A stretch of DNA of 20,000 nucleotides from an uncultured virus (IMG/VR IMGVR_UViG_3300042377_000720) (Duplodnaviria > Heunggongvirae > Uroviricota > Caudoviricetes). The notes under the pieces are model-generated. The model was not told the DNA's origin. It searched no databases and worked only from the letters and a program-made list of their open reading frames with translations. Made by a program: the position numbers and the translations under genes. This document shows, piece by piece, positions 17,425-20,000 of the stretch. Each line of letters starts with the position of its first letter. Within the stretch, counting starts at the first letter, position 1. The stretch lies in the IMG/VR virus record IMGVR_UViG_3300042377_000720; one strand, written 5' to 3'.

Positions 17425-19753
17425 CCCATACATTAAAGTAACTTGGCAGGATACACCTGAGAATTTTACCCCTGAAAAAATCAGAAGTGTTAAATCCTAT
17501 TTCCAAAATAAATACAATAGTAAGAATGTTCAAATTATTACTAAGACCGTTTCTAATGTTGAGGATACGAAATTAAAGTCACTTGATATTTCTGAAAACA
17601 TTTCAGATAACGATTATCAAAAAACCTTAATGAAGGATTTTGTTGAGGAAAACAAAATTGATGTTATTTGGGAAAGACTTGACAAGTTGGATAATAAAGT
17701 CAACGAAGAGTTATTACATATTAACGGTAGTAAAGTAAAATATAATAAGTGGTTCATTAAGAAAGTAGAATTTTCAAACTTTCTTTCTTATGGTAACGAT
17801 AATATTATTGATTTTACAGATTTACCTGGAATCACTGTTGTTGAGTCAACACCTAAAAACTTTGGGGGTAAATCAACTGCAACAGTTGACCTATTAATGT
17901 TCTTATTCTTCAATAAGACAACTAAGACCAAAACCAATATTGAAATCTTTAATCGTTTTACAGACATCGATGATGTATATGTAAAAGGGTTTGTGTCGAT
18001 AGATGGTGACGATTACGTTATTGAACGAATCACTAATCGTAAAAAAGGTAGAAGTGGTGATTATACCGTTACCAATAAACTTGAGTTCTACAGACAAAAT
18101 CTTGACGGTACCATTGAGAACTTAAATGGTGAACAACGTAGAGAAACTGAGGCGTTTATTACGTCCGCAATTGGTTCAGAAGAGGACTTCTTATCGACTA
18201 TCTTAACAACAGGATATAACTTGGAGGAGTTAATTGAATCTAAACCAACCGCACGTGGACAAATCCTTACTAAATTCTTAGGATTGGAAACCCTTAAACA
18301 AAAGGAGGAGATTTGTAAGAGTATTCAAACTGAGTGGTCTAAAAAACTAACATCCAACAATTATAATACAATTCAGTTAGAAACAGACATCACCCAATAC
18401 AAAGAAGAGATTGAAACCAATCAAAACAATATTCTAAAATATCAGGGAGAGTTAGAAACAACACAAACTAACTTATTGGAACTTGAAACGAAAAAAGAAG
18501 ATGCGTTAAAGAGAAGAAACAACGACATCGACCAAGAGTTAATCAGGACAAACCCCGACCAAATCAAATCGGATATCAATGCGTTCAATGTTTCAAAAAC
18601 TTCTGCGGTAAACAACGCAAAATCTGTCGATGTAAAAGAACCATCTCAATATTATGATGAGGATGCCCATCAAAAACAAAATGATATAATCAACAACATT
18701 ATTGTTGAAGGTAGAGCGAATACAGGTGAGATTACCCGTTTAGAAAATTTGGTTAAACAATTGACCGAGGGTTCAATTTGTCCAACATGTAAACGAGCAC
18801 TTGCGGACGTTGACCACACTGATGAGATTAATAAAATTAAAGAGGACATCAAAAAACTGTACGATTTAAAAGATGGTTTCACAAAGAACTTGAACGAACA
18901 GAATGAACTTCAAACGGTATTCGTTAACTTGAAGAAAGAGTTTGATGAGTACGAGAAGAATAAGTTAAAGAAGGCTCGTTATGAACTCGAGTCGGAACAA
19001 AAACAAAATGAAATTGATAAGTTACAAACCAAGTTAGACAACTTTGACCGTAACAAACAAAAGTTAGAGGAGAATAAAAAGATTGATACGGATTTGGTTG
19101 GTTTGAGAACACAGATTGAAACCGCAAACGCCAACATTCGTAACTACAATTCACTAATTGAAAGATGTAACAGTAACATCTCCGTACTAAATGATAAGAT
19201 TAAGACTTCAGAAGAATTAATCGCAAAAATCAAAGTAGAGAATGAAACTCAGGCAATCTTCAAAGTGTATTTAACTGTGTTTGGTAAAAATGGAATCTCT
19301 AAGGTTGTTCTTAAAAACATGATTCCATTAATCAATCAGGAGTTGTATCGTTTGTTGGTTGATAGTTGTCACTTCATATTGGAATTGAATATTAATGAAA
19401 AGAATGAGGTTGAATTCGTAATGATTGACACAGAAACAAGAGTTGTAAAACCACTTAATTCTGGTTCAGGTTATGAACGTACCATTTCATCGTTAGCACT
19501 TAGAAGTGTATTAACTAAGATATCATCATTACCAAAACCAAACATCGTTGTGATGGATGAGGTGTTCGGTAAGATTGCAGATGAGAACTTGGAGATGGTT
19601 GGTGAGTTCTTCAAAAAGATTAAAACTTACTTTGACCATATATTTGTTATCTCACACAATACATTAATACGTAATTGGTCCGATAACTTGATTATGGTTA
19701 AAAAAGAGGATAACATAAGTTCTGTGGATTATGTTACCCCCAAAATTTCCTAA
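17411..19753 (+). CDS. sbcC: SbcC/Rad50/gp46-like SMC ATPase with N-terminal extension
   Basis: FSNFLSYG, Walker A-like NFGGKST, coiled coils, zinc hook CPTC (18779-18790), signature SGYE, Walker B VVMDE and H-loop ISHN. ATG 17411, after an A-rich stretch, is preferred over the TTG at 17372. Confidence 0.9.
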   Translation: MAYNNPYIKVTWQDTPENFTPEKIRSVKSYFQNKYNSKNVQIITKTVSNVEDTKLKSLDISENISDNDYQKTLMKDFVEENKIDVIWERLDKLDNKVNEELLHINGSKVKYNKWFIKKVEFSNFLSYGNDNIIDFTDLPGITVVESTPKNFGGKSTATVDLLMFLFFNKTTKTKTNIEIFNRFTDIDDVYVKGFVSIDGDDYVIERITNRKKGRSGDYTVTNKLEFYRQNLDGTIENLNGEQRRETEAFITSAIGSEEDFLSTILTTGYNLEELIESKPTARGQILTKFLGLETLKQKEEICKSIQTEWSKKLTSNNYNTIQLETDITQYKEEIETNQNNILKYQGELETTQTNLLELETKKEDALKRRNNDIDQELIRTNPDQIKSDINAFNVSKTSAVNNAKSVDVKEPSQYYDEDAHQKQNDIINNIIVEGRANTGEITRLENLVKQLTEGSICPTCKRALADVDHTDEINKIKEDIKKLYDLKDGFTKNLNEQNELQTVFVNLKKEFDEYEKNKLKKARYELESEQKQNEIDKLQTKLDNFDRNKQKLEENKKIDTDLVGLRTQIETANANIRNYNSLIERCNSNISVLNDKIKTSEELIAKIKVENETQAIFKVYLTVFGKNGISKVVLKNMIPLINQELYRLLVDSCHFILELNINEKNEVEFVMIDTETRVVKPLNSGSGYERTISSLALRSVLTKISSLPKPNIVVMDEVFGKIADENLEMVGEFFKKIKTYFDHIFVISHNTLIRNWSDNLIMVKKEDNISSVDYVTPKIS

Positions 19754-19777
19754 AACCAAAAATTTTTCTTATTTTTA
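19746..19777 (+). promoter_or_regulatory. Putative Bacteroidetes-type -33/-7 promoter
   Basis: TTTC (19746-19749), 20-nt spacer with a T-tract, TATTTTTA (19770-19777), before AAAAACAAATT-ATG. Confidence 0.35.
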
Positions 19778-19790
19778 TAAAAAACAAATT

Positions 19791-20000
19791 ATGAACACAA
19801 ACGATTATAAAGACTTTGGATTATATGCCAAAGACAAAGGTATCAGTAGTCTAAGTCTACACAATTTCAATAAACAAATTGAATCAAGTCTAACACCTTA
19901 TATCCTTGAGGAAAGACAAATGAACATCACCGTAATGGATGTGTTCTCTCGTTTAATGATGGAACGTATCATATGGGTTGCCGGTGAGGTAAACGACCAC
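19791..20000 (+). CDS. clpP: ATP-dependent Clp protease proteolytic subunit, 3'-partial
   Basis: Not in the ORF track. My translation is MNTNDYKDFGLYAKDKGISSLSLHNFNKQIESSLTPYILEERQMNITVMDVFSRLMMERIIWVAGEVNDH; TPYI.EER...MDVFSRLMM.RII is the ClpP N-terminal motif in its Bacteroidetes form. Confidence 0.9.
   Translation, partial: MNTNDYKDFGLYAKDKGISSLSLHNFNKQIESSLTPYILEERQMNITVMDVFSRLMMERIIWVAGEVNDH

Noticed and set aside
14938..19154. Short minus-strand ORFs in the replication block
   Set aside because: They overlap well-supported + strand genes and show no recognisable motifs.
1..20000. Stop-codon reassignment
   Set aside because: Genes tile the window densely under the standard code. The two TGA stops are in ATGA overlaps and no gene appears fragmented.
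1..20000. Eukaryotic giant virus or eukaryotic mucin locus
   Set aside because: Overlapping operon-like genes, a DnaG-type primase, a Bacteroidetes-type ClpP and the absence of introns or signal peptides favour a bacteriophage.

Overview
This AT-rich window has every credible gene on the + strand and most likely comes from a large tailed dsDNA phage infecting a Bacteroidetes host. Support for the host: a Bacteroidetes-type ClpP N-terminus, A-rich starts without Shine-Dalgarno sites, and TTTN-N20-TA promoter geometry. No capsid, terminase or portal gene lies in the window, so the phage call is an inference. The left part (1-12532) is a putative late/structural block. It holds five modular proteins without signal peptides, built from Cys-rich beta modules joined by mucin-like Thr-Pro linkers; one also carries an FN3-like domain and a YncE/YVTN-like beta-propeller. 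The block ends with a 721-aa putative baseplate/tail-collar-type protein, and four of its genes are preceded by a TATTTA(T/A) motif. The right part (12572-20000) is a DNA metabolism block: RuvC-like resolvase, a candidate two-hairpin small RNA, primase, PD-(D/E)XK exonuclease, SbcD/Mre11 nuclease, a VxKEV-repeat protein, a DUF1360-like membrane protein, a putative endonuclease, SbcC/Rad50 ATPase and a partial ClpP. The most notable observations are: (i) strong enrichment of an [ST]-G-x-[ST] motif confined to the structural block, which with the mucin-like linkers suggests a glycosylated virion coat; (ii) shuffling of Cys modules through recombining linkers; (iii) a possibly re-partitioned SbcCD, with the SbcD C-terminal region fused to SbcC; (iv) an intergenic small RNA candidate. 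All family calls come from motif recognition by eye; no searches were run.
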